DNA of 64,000 bases from a bacterium. GTDB lineage: Bacteria; Actinomycetota; Acidimicrobiia; Spongiisociales; JAHEDJ01. A program made the position numbers and the translations under genes. Positions 28,934-38,821 of the stretch are shown piece after piece. Location of the stretch: NCBI GenBank assembly GCA_024641325.1, contig JAHEDJ010000002.1, forward strand, positions 74,365-138,364, in the 5' to 3' direction. Under the pieces are notes generated by a model that searched no databases, was not told where the DNA came from, and worked only from the letters and a program-made list of their open reading frames with translations. Numbering within the stretch: the first letter of the stretch is position 1; each line of letters begins with the position of its first letter.

Positions 28934-28991
28934 GCCTCCCGCAAGCGATCGGGGGGTCTCTGTTGCCTTGACGGCGACGATTGAGAATCAC

Positions 28992-29384
28992 CTAGCCGGC
29001 AGCTGTGCGCTTCGTCGGTCGCGGTCGAGGGTGCTCGCAAAGCTCGTAGAAGTTGCCGTCGGGCGCCCTGAAGTAGAACCAGCCGTGCCCGTCCCTTCCC
29101 CGGTCGATGTCCGTTAGGCCATCGACTCCGGCTTTTTCGAGTTCGCGATGAGCGGCTTCGACATTGTCCACCCACAAACCGGCAACCGGACCCGTGTCGA
29201 GTTGGCCGTGTTCAATCGAGTCGGGATCGAAGAGCTCGAGGCGGTCTCCGTTCTCCGCGATGAGTTGTGTAAACCCCGGAACATTCACTCCGACCCGCAA
29301 TCCAAGGTGCTCGGCGAAGAATTCGGAGGTCGCCTGCCTGTTCCCGGTGGCCGAACCCACCCAGATAATCCCTTTGATTCGCAC
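28992..29384 (-). CDS. VOC (glyoxalase/bleomycin-resistance) family protein.
   Basis: Has a VOC beta-alpha-beta-beta-beta signature (IIWVGSATGNRQATSEFFAEHLG ... GWFYFRAPDGNFYEL). Confidence 0.65.
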   Translation of the reverse strand: MRIKGIIWVGSATGNRQATSEFFAEHLGLRVGVNVPGFTQLIAENGDRLELFDPDSIEHGQLDTGPVAGLWVDNVEAAHRELEKAGVDGLTDIDRGRDGHGWFYFRAPDGNFYELCEHPRPRPTKRTAAG

Positions 29385-29453
29385 GTGCCCTCCTCGGGTG
29401 GCGGCAGTTTACAGAGACCCGGTCGGCTAGATTCGATTCAAGGAGGGACCGAA

Positions 29454-30512
29454 ATGCCGATCGAATCACCGCAGGATCTTCGAGAACACATTGAACTCGC
29501 CATCAAGGTGGAGTTGGCGACCATTCCGCCCTACCTCTTCGCCATGTACTCGATCGAGGATCGAGACTCTGAACCGGCGCTCTTGATCAGGAGCATCGTG
29601 GCCGAGGAGATGCTGCACGCGGCGCTTGCCAGCAACCTGCTCCTTGCGGTTGGTGGGCGCCCCCGGTTCGATACAACCGCTCTTATGACGACCTATCCGG
29701 GCTTGCTGCCTCACCATGTACCGCCTCTCGAGCTTCGCCTCGCACCCCTCTCGCAGACGCTCATCCGCGACGTGTTCATGAAGATCGAACAGCCGGAAGA
29801 CCACGACGCGCCCGCCCAGCCGGACGTGTTTGAAAGCCTTGGCCAGTTCTATCACGCGCTGGAGCTCGGCATTGCCGACCTCTCAGAACGTTTCGACCTG
29901 TTTGGAGACCCGCAGACAAGTAGCCAACTCTCCGATCCGGCCTTCTATGCTCCGGTCGCCTTTGACGCCGACGACAGCGGCGGCCTGCTGCTCATTGACA
30001 GCCCCGAATCTGCCGAGGCTGCTATTGAGGTAATCGTGCATCAAGGAGAGGGTTTGAGTACCGAACGTTGGGCCGATCCCGGCCACCAAGAGCTCACCCA
30101 CTACGCCAAACTGCTGCAAATCGCCTCTGGCGTGAGCCCGCTCGGAAACGTGCTGGCGGTGAGACCGGACCAGCGCACTGCGGAATTGCCTGAGGTGCTG
30201 CAACCCGTGTCCAACGTGTTCAACGCCAGCTACCGCTACCTCTTCTTCGTCCTGGCCGACCTCTTCGGGCCTCTTGAAGACAAAGGCAGGACCGTAGATC
30301 GCCTGTATCAGCTCATGGTGGATGTAATGTCTGAACTCGCCCACTTCCTGGTGCGACAACCGATCGGCGGGGGCGAGTTCGCGGGACCCACGTTTGAGAT
30401 ATTCGAATTCGACTCAGAGGATCGCAAGGGCGAACTGGCCGGCCTCGCCGGACGAGTTGTCGAACTCCATCCAGATCTTGGCCACGTCGCTGAGACCATC
30501 GCATCCCTGTAG
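29454..30512 (+). CDS. Ferritin-like domain protein.
   Basis: The motif IELAIKVELATIPPYLFAMYSIE is typical of the ferritin-like family. The start was moved to the internal ATG 29454, which has a perfect AAGGAGG 6 nt upstream, because the track ORF start at 29148 lacks support. Confidence 0.65.
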   Translation: MPIESPQDLREHIELAIKVELATIPPYLFAMYSIEDRDSEPALLIRSIVAEEMLHAALASNLLLAVGGRPRFDTTALMTTYPGLLPHHVPPLELRLAPLSQTLIRDVFMKIEQPEDHDAPAQPDVFESLGQFYHALELGIADLSERFDLFGDPQTSSQLSDPAFYAPVAFDADDSGGLLLIDSPESAEAAIEVIVHQGEGLSTERWADPGHQELTHYAKLLQIASGVSPLGNVLAVRPDQRTAELPEVLQPVSNVFNASYRYLFFVLADLFGPLEDKGRTVDRLYQLMVDVMSELAHFLVRQPIGGGEFAGPTFEIFEFDSEDRKGELAGLAGRVVELHPDLGHVAETIASL

Positions 30513-30994
30513 CCGCTCCCCTGGGTGCCCCAATTCCGGTCAGGTCGGGGTGGGGTTGGTAGGTTCTAGTGGATGGCTTTGGAAGTATGTGAGATTCGGT
30601 GCTGGTGATTGGTGGTGTTCAAGCGGCTGCGTTCGGATGCGACAGCAGAGACCGGATCATTGCGGGAGGGTTCGAACCGGACCGTGCTGTGGATCGAATG
30701 GCAGATGGTGTCGTCATGATCACCTATCGCCGGTTCGGACGCCCAAATCCCGATACTGAAGGGCGGTGATGGTTACGAAACGTTTCCGTTGGAGCGAAGT
30801 CGAGAAGCCGGGCAAGTTCCATAAGAGGGCGTCCATGGCCTCCGTCGTTGTGACCATTCTTGGTCCCGTCGTGCTGCTGGCATCGGGCGTGCGAATGGCG
30901 TCCGTGGAGTATGCAACACGGTCGAATACGATGTTCTCGAACCCGTTTGTGACTACCTGGAGCGCCTCTTCGCCTAGCAGGTCGAAATCGACAG

Positions 30995-31372
30995 TTACAA
31001 GAAACTAGCGACCAGCAGCAACACAGCGGAGGCCGTCAAGAGCACAGGGCAGATCTTGAACCAGATCACGGCAGTCCGAGCACCAGTGACTGAGGTCAGA
31101 ACCGCCAGACCGAGGAGCAGGCCTGCCACGGCGCGGTAAACCCACGCTGCTACGGAGGTTCCGCTCCCTTCCAAAGTGGCCACCACCACGATTGCGGCCA
31201 GGCCCCACATCGTGAAAGCTTCTGCAAGCCACTCCTGGGTCAGAACGCGCCGATTGTCGGGCTCGATCGGAGCGAATCCGGCAATCACCTGTCGCGTCGG
31301 GATGGCATGGGCCACCCCCCAAAGGGCGACAAGCACGGCAGCTACGTAAGCAAGCACCGAAGCCATGCCCAC
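30995..31372 (-). CDS. Small three-to-four-transmembrane membrane protein.
   Basis: A hydrophobic 125-aa ORF. Confidence 0.4.
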   Translation of the reverse strand: MGMASVLAYVAAVLVALWGVAHAIPTRQVIAGFAPIEPDNRRVLTQEWLAEAFTMWGLAAIVVVATLEGSGTSVAAWVYRAVAGLLLGLAVLTSVTGARTAVIWFKICPVLLTASAVLLLVASFL

Positions 31373-31580
31373 ATGTTGCCACTATCGCGGGACGCTGAGA
31401 AATCAGCGTTCGCGCCGGTCAGCACAGACTCAGGCCGCCGGGTCGGGAACGAGGTCGACGACCCGGGACGCAACATCGAGTTCTCGTCAACCGCAAAACG
31501 GTCTAACGGGGAGGTTCTTTCCCGGGTGCCGCCGCAAAGGCTCCCATCCGGTCACCCTGGTGGAACCGTACAAGTTGCAT

Positions 31581-33527
31581 ATGCTCACCACCTATCCCAA
31601 TGAAGTTGCAGGAGCAACAGCCACGCTGGCGCCATTGTCCGGTGGTGCCGGAGTGCTAGAAGGTTTGCGGGCGCTTCCACGCATCGTCGAGTTCGCACGG
31701 CGGCACGCTTTCCCCGATGAGATCGCCGGCACACTTGTCGACGTTGCCGAGGGCCACGCCGAAGACCCTCTGGCTGCCTACGTTGCGCTTCAAGCTGCAT
31801 CCCGGGTTCCGTCGAAGATCGTGGACCAGGCTTTGTCGCGATTCATCAAGAGCGATCATTCCGGCTTGCGAGAGCATTCCGCGTGGGCGTTGAGCCGCCG
31901 TCGTCCCATGCCCTCTGCCGTCCCGGACCTCGTCGACATGGCTGATGCCGGCGGATTCGGCCGGATGATGGCGGAATTGACTTTGGAGAACTGGCTGCAG
32001 CTCGATCCCTCATTGCCGCTGCCGCCTTCCGTGGACGGCTCGCCGCTCGGCGCTCGCCTGCGGTGGCTGGCTTCGACACCTGAGCCCCCGCGTCCGGGCA
32101 CTCGGCGATCGGCAGGGTTGCGGATCGCCCAAGTGCTCATGCAGGGAAGAGTCGATAGCCGTCTTACCTCGGCCGGGTCCGGAGACGGAGGCGGTCTGGC
32201 GACCTTGCAGGTAGGTCTTACCGGGGCATTGGCCGACCATGATGCAGTAGCCGACACCTACCTCATCACCCGGCGGTTGCCCGCCGGTGAGGGCGTATTC
32301 CATCTGGAGAGGGAGCGTATTGGGCAGCATGGGACACTTGCCCGGCTCGACTTCGGGCCGCCCCGATATCTCGCGACATCCGAGATGTGGCCCTGGCGGG
32401 CGGACCTCGAACGCTCCATCCGCCGTCTGCTGATCTCCGAAGGCCCTTTTGATGCACTCCACCTCCGCTTCGCCGACGCCGGTACGTTCGCAGCGGCCCG
32501 GGTCGGCCGGGCTCTGGGTATCCCCATCTACTTCACCCTCGCTCCCGACCCCCACTCAGTCGTTGCGGCCGACGAGGCGTCGGGCCGACTGAGCCGAGCC
32601 AACTTCGCGGCTGCCGATCTGGAGCATCACTACGTGTTCAGGACCTGGTTGATCGAATGGATGCTCGAGCATGCCAGGCGACTGGCCCTCATCCCTCGAC
32701 CGGATCACACCAGACAACTTCTGGATCTGGTCGGCGTCGACATCACGGCCGATCCCGGCCGATTCCAGTCGATAGCGGAAGGAGTCGACTTCGGGGTGAC
32801 CGAGCGCGCGGCGCGACAGGTGCAGACGGCTCAGGACGGAGTTCCGCGGCAGGGGATATTGTCGGACCTCAAGGACGCCATCGATCGGCTTCCGTCAGAC
32901 AGACGCGGACTGCCGCTCATCGTCACAGCCGGGCGGCTGCATCCCGTCAAGGGAATGCACCGGCTGGTGGAGGCCTGGTTGACCGATCCGGCAATGCAGG
33001 AATCGTTCAACTTGGCCGTCATCGGCGGCAACCTGGTCGAACCCAGCAACGAGGAGAGGCGAATTCTGGACGCGTTGGAGGCGCTGCTCGGTGACCGCCG
33101 GGTCGAAGATGTAGGTCTCTTGATGCTCGGCAATCGAACGCACGAAGAGGTGGCGATCCTGCTGGCCGCCTCCGTCGTTGGAGTGCCCGGACTCGTTGCA
33201 CCGAATGGGATCTACGCCTGCGCGAGCGACAAGGAGGAGTTCGGACTGGCCATCCTGGAGGCTCTGGCTGCAGGCCTACCCGTAGTTGCTCCCAGGGTGG
33301 GCGGTCCGGCTACCTACCTGGATCACGGCTTCACCGGGCATCTAACCGACACTCGCTCCGTTCCGGATCTGCAACAAGCACTGCATTGGGCTCGTGAGGT
33401 CCGGTTCTCCGAGATTCGGGCCGATGCCGGCCGCCGGCTCGTCAAGACGGGCTACAGCCTCGCGGCCATGGCTGATGAGCTGGTCGACTTCTATCAGGCC
33501 GATGATCTGGAGGAGGCGGCCGGGTGA
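31581..33527 (+). CDS. HEAT-repeat N-domain fused to a GT4 (GT-B, RfaG-like) glycosyltransferase.
   Basis: HEAT-like repeats near the N-terminus (DPLAAYVALQAASRVPSK, REHSAWALSRRRP) are followed by a C-terminal GT4 signature EEFGLAILEALAAGLPVVAPRVGGP. The start is taken at ATG 31581; the track start at 31365 overlaps the upstream minus-strand gene. Confidence 0.65.
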   Translation: MLTTYPNEVAGATATLAPLSGGAGVLEGLRALPRIVEFARRHAFPDEIAGTLVDVAEGHAEDPLAAYVALQAASRVPSKIVDQALSRFIKSDHSGLREHSAWALSRRRPMPSAVPDLVDMADAGGFGRMMAELTLENWLQLDPSLPLPPSVDGSPLGARLRWLASTPEPPRPGTRRSAGLRIAQVLMQGRVDSRLTSAGSGDGGGLATLQVGLTGALADHDAVADTYLITRRLPAGEGVFHLERERIGQHGTLARLDFGPPRYLATSEMWPWRADLERSIRRLLISEGPFDALHLRFADAGTFAAARVGRALGIPIYFTLAPDPHSVVAADEASGRLSRANFAAADLEHHYVFRTWLIEWMLEHARRLALIPRPDHTRQLLDLVGVDITADPGRFQSIAEGVDFGVTERAARQVQTAQDGVPRQGILSDLKDAIDRLPSDRRGLPLIVTAGRLHPVKGMHRLVEAWLTDPAMQESFNLAVIGGNLVEPSNEERRILDALEALLGDRRVEDVGLLMLGNRTHEEVAILLAASVVGVPGLVAPNGIYACASDKEEFGLAILEALAAGLPVVAPRVGGPATYLDHGFTGHLTDTRSVPDLQQALHWAREVRFSEIRADAGRRLVKTGYSLAAMADELVDFYQADDLEEAAG

Positions 33528-34819
33528 CCGCGGCGCTCATCATCAGTCCCGACTATGCCTCCCACTACTTTCCTCTTGCCACTCTTGGGAAAGCGCTTAC
33601 CGGGCGGGGATACCAGGTTACGGTCGCGACCGGTCCCACTCTCGAACCGAATGTGGTGGCGGACGGATTCGGATACTGCCGGCTGGTGCTGGGTCCGGGG
33701 AGCAATCCCGGTCTTATCACCGAAGATGACCAACCGCCGGGTGAAGACCAAAATCTGGCTGGCTTCTTCGAGGCAAGCCGGCGGGGCATGGTCCCGACCC
33801 TTCTGTATCAGGCCCGTCACCGTCTCAACGATTTGCTTTGGCAACCCGATCAGGTGATAAGCCGCCTCGGCGAAATAATTGGCCGATTGAAGCCTTCCGT
33901 CGTCATTTGCGACCAGCTCTCCTTCAACGCCACCGCCGCCCTGCGAGCCCTGGAACAGCCTTATGTGGGTTTTCTGCCCGGCCACCCTTCTGCGGTTGCG
34001 ACAGACGTTCCATATGGGTATCCGCCCCGCCATCCTGTCCGACTTGCCGCCGCTAGTTGGGAGCTCGCCGAGCTTCACGAGGTCTGCCGCGGGGTTGCCG
34101 AGCAGTTCACCGTCCGGTTCAACGAGGCGGTGGCGCGATTCAATCCGAACGTGGACGGCGTCGAAGATGCGTTCGCCACAACGTCGGGACTGCTGACCCT
34201 CGTGAACTACCCGGGCGTGCTCGGTCGGTCTTACCGGTTGCCGGCCGATTGTCGCTTCATCGGTTCGGCCGTTCGACCGGTCGAGCTGTCGGCGCGGCTG
34301 CGAGAAGGGATCATTACTCGGGCGCGGACACGGATCTATGTTTCCCTCGGGAGCTTCTTCTCGACGCGTCGCGAGATACTGCAGAAGCTGGTGGATGCGT
34401 TCCGGCAGCTCCCGGTTGATCTGATACTCGCCACAGGAGTAACCCTCCCAAGTGAACTGAACTCGCTCCCCGAGTCGTGGATCGTCGAACCGTACCTACC
34501 TCAACCAGCTCTGCTTCCTCATTGCGACCTGGTAGTGACCCACGGTGGAAACAACACCGTGACCGAGGCCCTCACGGCCGGTAGACCCTTGCTGGTTGGA
34601 CCGCTTTCCACAGATCAGTTCGCCGGAGCCGCCGACCTCGAGCAAGCCGGCTTCGGCCTGGTGTTCGACCCCAATCACGATGACCCGGGTACCATTTCCG
34701 ACCTCGCCGAGCGGGTGCTGGGAGGTTCAGCAGTCGATGAGGCGAGGCGCCTCGGCAACGAGTTGCGGGCGAATCCAGGCCCGGAACTGGCAGCAGATCT
34801 CATCACGCCGTTAGGGTGA
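33524..34819 (+). CDS. GT1-family (UDP-glycosyltransferase/MGT-like) glycosyltransferase.
   Basis: Has the UGT signature HGGNNTVTEALTAGRPLLVGPLSTDQ at 431 aa and overlaps the previous gene by 4 bp. Confidence 0.75.
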   Translation: MTAALIISPDYASHYFPLATLGKALTGRGYQVTVATGPTLEPNVVADGFGYCRLVLGPGSNPGLITEDDQPPGEDQNLAGFFEASRRGMVPTLLYQARHRLNDLLWQPDQVISRLGEIIGRLKPSVVICDQLSFNATAALRALEQPYVGFLPGHPSAVATDVPYGYPPRHPVRLAAASWELAELHEVCRGVAEQFTVRFNEAVARFNPNVDGVEDAFATTSGLLTLVNYPGVLGRSYRLPADCRFIGSAVRPVELSARLREGIITRARTRIYVSLGSFFSTRREILQKLVDAFRQLPVDLILATGVTLPSELNSLPESWIVEPYLPQPALLPHCDLVVTHGGNNTVTEALTAGRPLLVGPLSTDQFAGAADLEQAGFGLVFDPNHDDPGTISDLAERVLGGSAVDEARRLGNELRANPGPELAADLITPLG

Positions 34820-34832
34820 TGGTCACAGCAAG

Positions 34833-34855
34833 AAACCCCTGTTCGACAGGGGTTT
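34833..34855. terminator. Bidirectional stem-loop AAACCCCTG-TTCGA-CAGGGGTTT between the GT1 gene and tRNA-Thr.
   Basis: A perfect 9-bp stem read directly. No strong U-tract follows, which is common in high-GC genomes. Confidence 0.5.
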
Positions 34856-34859
34856 CCTA

Positions 34860-34935
34860 TGGAGCCGGGTATCGGAATCGAACCGATGACCACTTCTTTA
34901 CAAGAGAAGAGCTCTACCGACTGAGCTAACCCGGC
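34860..34935 (-). tRNA. tRNA-Thr(TGT): tRNA-Thr (anticodon TGT) with CCA encoded.
   Basis: Manual cloverleaf: acceptor GCCGGGT/ACCCGGC, D-arm GCTC-AGTCGGTA-GAGC, anticodon arm CTTCT-CTTGTAA-AGAAG, T-arm ATCGG-TTCGATT-CCGAT. Confidence 0.85.
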
Positions 34936-35028
34936 GATGGCGGACAGAATAGCGCCGTCCGGCGAGGAGCCGATATTAGGTGAAATACCCCGGTTTTCAT
35001 GGCTCCTTCGATAGCCTCATGAACAGAC

Positions 35029-35277
35029 GTGGCCTTTTCCCAACGCGACCAGTCGGTCCTCGACTTCGAACGCTCCTGGTGGTTGATTCCGGGGCCGAAA
35101 GATCGCGCCATCAGAGAGCACCTGGGAATGAGTGCGACTCAGTACTACCGAACATTGAAGCGCCTGGCAGACGATCCCGCCGCGGTGCAGTACGATCCAT
35201 TGACGGTTCGACGACTCCAACGGTCGGCCAGTAAGAAGAATGTGCGGGTATTGGCCGCGGAAGGAGAAGACGTCTAG
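35029..35277 (+). CDS. DUF3263-family small protein.
   Basis: An 82-aa ORF with the conserved LSxRDxxxLxFE...WW core typical of actinobacterial DUF3263. Confidence 0.55.
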   Translation: MAFSQRDQSVLDFERSWWLIPGPKDRAIREHLGMSATQYYRTLKRLADDPAAVQYDPLTVRRLQRSASKKNVRVLAAEGEDV

Positions 35278-35862
35278 ATGGGCAGGCATGCTTCGCCCGG
35301 CTACGGGCGATTCACGCGGGAGCTCTCATCGTTCGCGGTGAGGCTATTCCTTGTCGCGATCGTCTTCTTCGGGGCGATCTGGTTCCTGGTCACCGTTGTT
35401 CCAGACTGGCTGGGCAACGGCGGCGATGAAGAGATCGCACAGGCGACGGTCGATCAAACTACGTCTACAACTGACGAGACGATCTCTTCAGTTCTCGACT
35501 CCTCCATCACTTCCCCGATCAGCAGTGTGCCTACCACTACCTCTTCGACTCCAGAGACTACGACAACGGTGCCCTCTGAACGTTCGCCGGCCGACGTCGT
35601 GGTTCTGGTACTCAACTCGACGAGCAGGAGCGGATTAGCGGCGTCGGCGACCGCGTTGTTGGCCGATCTCGGCTATCAGACCCTCGAACCCGGCAACGCG
35701 ACCACTGTGTTGAACGATTCAGAGATCCACTATGCATCGGGGTTCGCGCTGGAGGCATTCGCAGTGGCGGCGCAGTTCCCGGACGGCGTGGTATCGCCGG
35801 ACCCGGAAACTGATCTCGCCGCCGATATCGTGGTCATCCTCGGGACGAGCTACGTTCCGTGA
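35278..35862 (+). CDS. LytR_C domain membrane-anchored protein.
   Basis: An N-terminal transmembrane segment and Ser/Thr-rich linker precede a C-terminal VVLVLNSTSRSGLAASATALLADLGY (LytR C-terminal domain). Confidence 0.65.
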   Translation: MGRHASPGYGRFTRELSSFAVRLFLVAIVFFGAIWFLVTVVPDWLGNGGDEEIAQATVDQTTSTTDETISSVLDSSITSPISSVPTTTSSTPETTTTVPSERSPADVVVLVLNSTSRSGLAASATALLADLGYQTLEPGNATTVLNDSEIHYASGFALEAFAVAAQFPDGVVSPDPETDLAADIVVILGTSYVP

Positions 35863-36734
35863 CCGGGCAAACGGGCAGACGGTTCTCGAGCGTCTGGCCG
35901 ATCTGGGCCTGGATCATGGTCGCCTTCGGGTTCGTAGTGACCGGGATCGGCGTATTCGGCGGAGTATTCGCCCGATCGTTGGTGCTCGACCTCATCTCGT
36001 TCTGGCCGGGTCTGATCCTCGTGATGCTCGTCGCAGCAGCTTTGTATCCATTTCATCGAGGGGAATGGACCCGGTTGGCGGCCGTCGTGCCGCTGCTCAT
36101 CCTGTCGTGGCTCGGATCCACGATCGCCCTTCATTTGGCCGAATGGAGCGTGCTTCCTTCGGCGGCTGCCGACTTCGCGGGCCCTTCGGCCGATGGTATT
36201 GAGCAGGCGAGCCTGACCATCGTCACCGGTGGCGACCTGTCTATTGGCTTTTCTGGAGCAGCTTCGTTGTATGAAGTGAAGACGGTGCGGCGAGGGGGTT
36301 CTGTACCCGCAGCACGGAGCTTCGAGCGGATCGACGGCCGGTCGGCGCAAGTGGTGATCGATCAGCGCCCGCCGGACACCTGGTTCCTCACCCGGGGGTG
36401 GCGTGTGGTGCTGAACGACGATGCATCCTGGAGTCTCGACCTGAATGCGGCTGCCATCGCAGCCGACTTCAGCGGAGGTGGTTTGTCGTCCCTACGATTA
36501 GTCGGAACGGGTGATGTCCACCTCTCGGAGCCGTCGGGAGACGTACAGGTGGTCGTTGATGGCCGGTTCGGGCTGAGTCTTCCGGCAGGGGTGGCGATGG
36601 TGGTGACCGGGGATGACGTTTCCGTGCCTGCCGGTTGGACCGGCGCCGATGGCGAGTGGCAGTCGCCGGGAGCCGGGGAGGGATACATGGTTACGGTAAC
36701 GAGTGGAGCCTCATTGGTGGTCAAAGACGCATGA
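35859..36734 (+). CDS. Membrane protein with a C-terminal beta-rich LiaF/DUF4097-like domain.
   Basis: Four N-terminal transmembrane segments are followed by a repetitive beta segment (VVLNDDASWSLDLNAAAIAADFSGGGLSSLRLVGTGDVHLS...). Confidence 0.45.
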   Translation: MTGQTGRRFSSVWPIWAWIMVAFGFVVTGIGVFGGVFARSLVLDLISFWPGLILVMLVAAALYPFHRGEWTRLAAVVPLLILSWLGSTIALHLAEWSVLPSAAADFAGPSADGIEQASLTIVTGGDLSIGFSGAASLYEVKTVRRGGSVPAARSFERIDGRSAQVVIDQRPPDTWFLTRGWRVVLNDDASWSLDLNAAAIAADFSGGGLSSLRLVGTGDVHLSEPSGDVQVVVDGRFGLSLPAGVAMVVTGDDVSVPAGWTGADGEWQSPGAGEGYMVTVTSGASLVVKDA

Positions 36735-37972
36735 CGGTACCAACGCCCTATGAGCGCATCCGCAAGGTGGGTGTCACGATCTGGACGGCCATCGGCGGAT
36801 TCGCCCTCCTAGGCCTCGTCACCTGGACTCTCATTCAGATGCACGTCATCTGGTCCCCGGTTGTGTTCGCCATCGCCATCGTTTATGTGCTCAATCCGCT
36901 GGTCAATCGTCTCGAGTCTCGCCACATCCACCGGTTGTTCGGTTCGTGTCTGTCCTATCTGATCCTCGTTTCGGTGTTGACCGCGATAGGTTTCCTGGTG
37001 GTCCCGATAATCCGCACTCAGGCGGTAGCCCTCGCCGAAGAAATGCCGGTGATCATCGATCGAATCGCGGAAGCTGCGCAGGATCTCGGCGATCGTTTCA
37101 ACGTCACCATTGAAATGCCCGGATTCGACGCGGTCAGTGACTGGTTCTCACAGACTGAGAATCAACAGCGTTTGACCGACGTGGCTTCCGGGGTTTTCGA
37201 TGTTGCAGCAACCGTCGTAGAAGCGGTCCTTCTGTTCTTGCTGGCTCCCGTGCTGGCTTTCTACATGCTCGTAGACGCACCTGCCACGCGAAGAGTTGCG
37301 CGCAGCCTGGTGCCGGAGGACCTGCGTGACGAGGTCATGCACGTATCCGGCCTCGTCGGAAGGGCTCTCGGCGGCTTCGTGCGTGGGCAGTTGCTCGTTG
37401 CGCTGATCGTAGGAGTGCTGACGAGCCTCGCTCTGTGGATAATCGGCCTGCCCTTGTGGTTGATCATCGGAGCGATCGCCGGCCTCCTCAACCTCGTTCC
37501 CTTTGTCGGTCCCACCTCCGGCGGAGTCCTGGCCGTGGCGGTATCACTGGTTCTCGGCGACTGGCGTATGGCTCTCTGGGCTGCGGTAGCAATGATCATC
37601 GTGCAGCAGATCGACAACCATCTCATCAGCCCGATCATTCTGCGGGCGACCGTCAAGCTGCATCCGGTAATAATCATCCTGGCTCTGCTGGTCGGGGGCT
37701 CGCTCGCAGGGTTGCTCGGTGTGCTGGTCGCCGTCCCGACGGCCGCGATTGCCAAGATCATCGTTGCGCACATGTGGCGTACCCGCGTCCTCGGCCAGTC
37801 GTGGGATGAGGCAACAGAGGCGGTCCTGTATGAATACGATCCTCCATCGGCCGAGAATCTCCTGAGTCGATTCCAACTGATCCGCGACCTGCAGGTGTCA
37901 AAGGGCGACGTCTCGCACCAACCGCACGGGGTACCGGACGACTCGAGGGACGATCTCGAATCAGAGGAGTGA
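36731..37972 (+). CDS. AI-2E family transporter (PerM/YdiK-like).
   Basis: A multi-transmembrane protein with the LLNLVPFVGP motif. The start is taken at ATG 36731, which overlaps the previous stop. Confidence 0.8.
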   Translation: MTVPTPYERIRKVGVTIWTAIGGFALLGLVTWTLIQMHVIWSPVVFAIAIVYVLNPLVNRLESRHIHRLFGSCLSYLILVSVLTAIGFLVVPIIRTQAVALAEEMPVIIDRIAEAAQDLGDRFNVTIEMPGFDAVSDWFSQTENQQRLTDVASGVFDVAATVVEAVLLFLLAPVLAFYMLVDAPATRRVARSLVPEDLRDEVMHVSGLVGRALGGFVRGQLLVALIVGVLTSLALWIIGLPLWLIIGAIAGLLNLVPFVGPTSGGVLAVAVSLVLGDWRMALWAAVAMIIVQQIDNHLISPIILRATVKLHPVIIILALLVGGSLAGLLGVLVAVPTAAIAKIIVAHMWRTRVLGQSWDEATEAVLYEYDPPSAENLLSRFQLIRDLQVSKGDVSHQPHGVPDDSRDDLESEE

Positions 37973-38098
37973 TCGGCAAGAGGCTGGCCCGCCGGTGGTT
38001 CCGGCGCCAAGAACACGCGCCGGAAAGCAACCTTTTTGGACCTGTCGCCTGAGGACCTTGGCCAGCGGCCTTCGGCCGGCGGCCCGCCGAAAGCCGAC

Positions 38099-38821
38099 CT
38101 ACTCCATCTCGCCGAGATAGGCGTCCGACAGCTTGGGATGCTCGAGGAGGTTGGCGGCGGTGTCTTCGAGGACGATCGAACCGGTCTGAAGAACGTATCC
38201 GCGGTCGGCGATCGAGAGGGCCATATGTGCGTTCTGTTCGACCACGAAGATCGTTGTTCCCTGCGAGTTGATTTCCTGGATGGTCTCGAAGACCTGCTCC
38301 ACGAGAATAGGGGCAAGCCCCATCGACGGTTCGTCCAACAGGAGCACCTTGGGTCGGGCGGTCAGCGCCCGACCTATAGCCAGCATCTGTTGCTCGCCAC
38401 CAGAGAGCGTTCCCGCACGCTGACGAATTCGCTCCTTGAGCCGCGGGAAGAGAGAGAAGACTCTCTCGATATCTTCCTGGATCTCGGCCTTGTCGTCGCG
38501 CAGATTGGCGCCGATCTCGAGATTCTCCTTGACCGACATCTTGCCGAACAAACGGCGATTCTCCGGAACCATCGTCAAGCCACGGCTGACGATTTCGGGG
38601 GTGGTCAAACCTTCGATTCGCTCACCGTCGAAGACGATCTCGCCAGCGTTCGCCCTCGTCATCCCAAGGATGGTACGAAGTGTGGTTGATTTGCCGGCGG
38701 CGTTGGAACCAAGCAGGCAGACGATCTCGCCCTCGTTCACATCGATGGAGATGTCGTCGAGCGCCCGCACCGGTCCGTAGGAAGCGCTGACATGGCGGAG
38801 GCTGAGGATTGCGTCGCTCAT
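38099..38821 (-). CDS. livF: Branched-chain amino-acid ABC transporter ATP-binding protein, LivF-like.
   Basis: Has GSNAAGKSTTL and LSGGEQQM at 240 aa. Confidence 0.9.
   Translation of the reverse strand: MSDAILSLRHVSASYGPVRALDDISIDVNEGEIVCLLGSNAAGKSTTLRTILGMTRANAGEIVFDGERIEGLTTPEIVSRGLTMVPENRRLFGKMSVKENLEIGANLRDDKAEIQEDIERVFSLFPRLKERIRQRAGTLSGGEQQMLAIGRALTARPKVLLLDEPSMGLAPILVEQVFETIQEINSQGTTIFVVEQNAHMALSIADRGYVLQTGSIVLEDTAANLLEHPKLSDAYLGEME

Noticed and set aside
30650-30700. A tRNA-like GGGTTCGAACC element.
   Set aside because: I could not complete a cloverleaf (no matching acceptor or T-stem pairing), so it is probably a chance T-loop-like motif.
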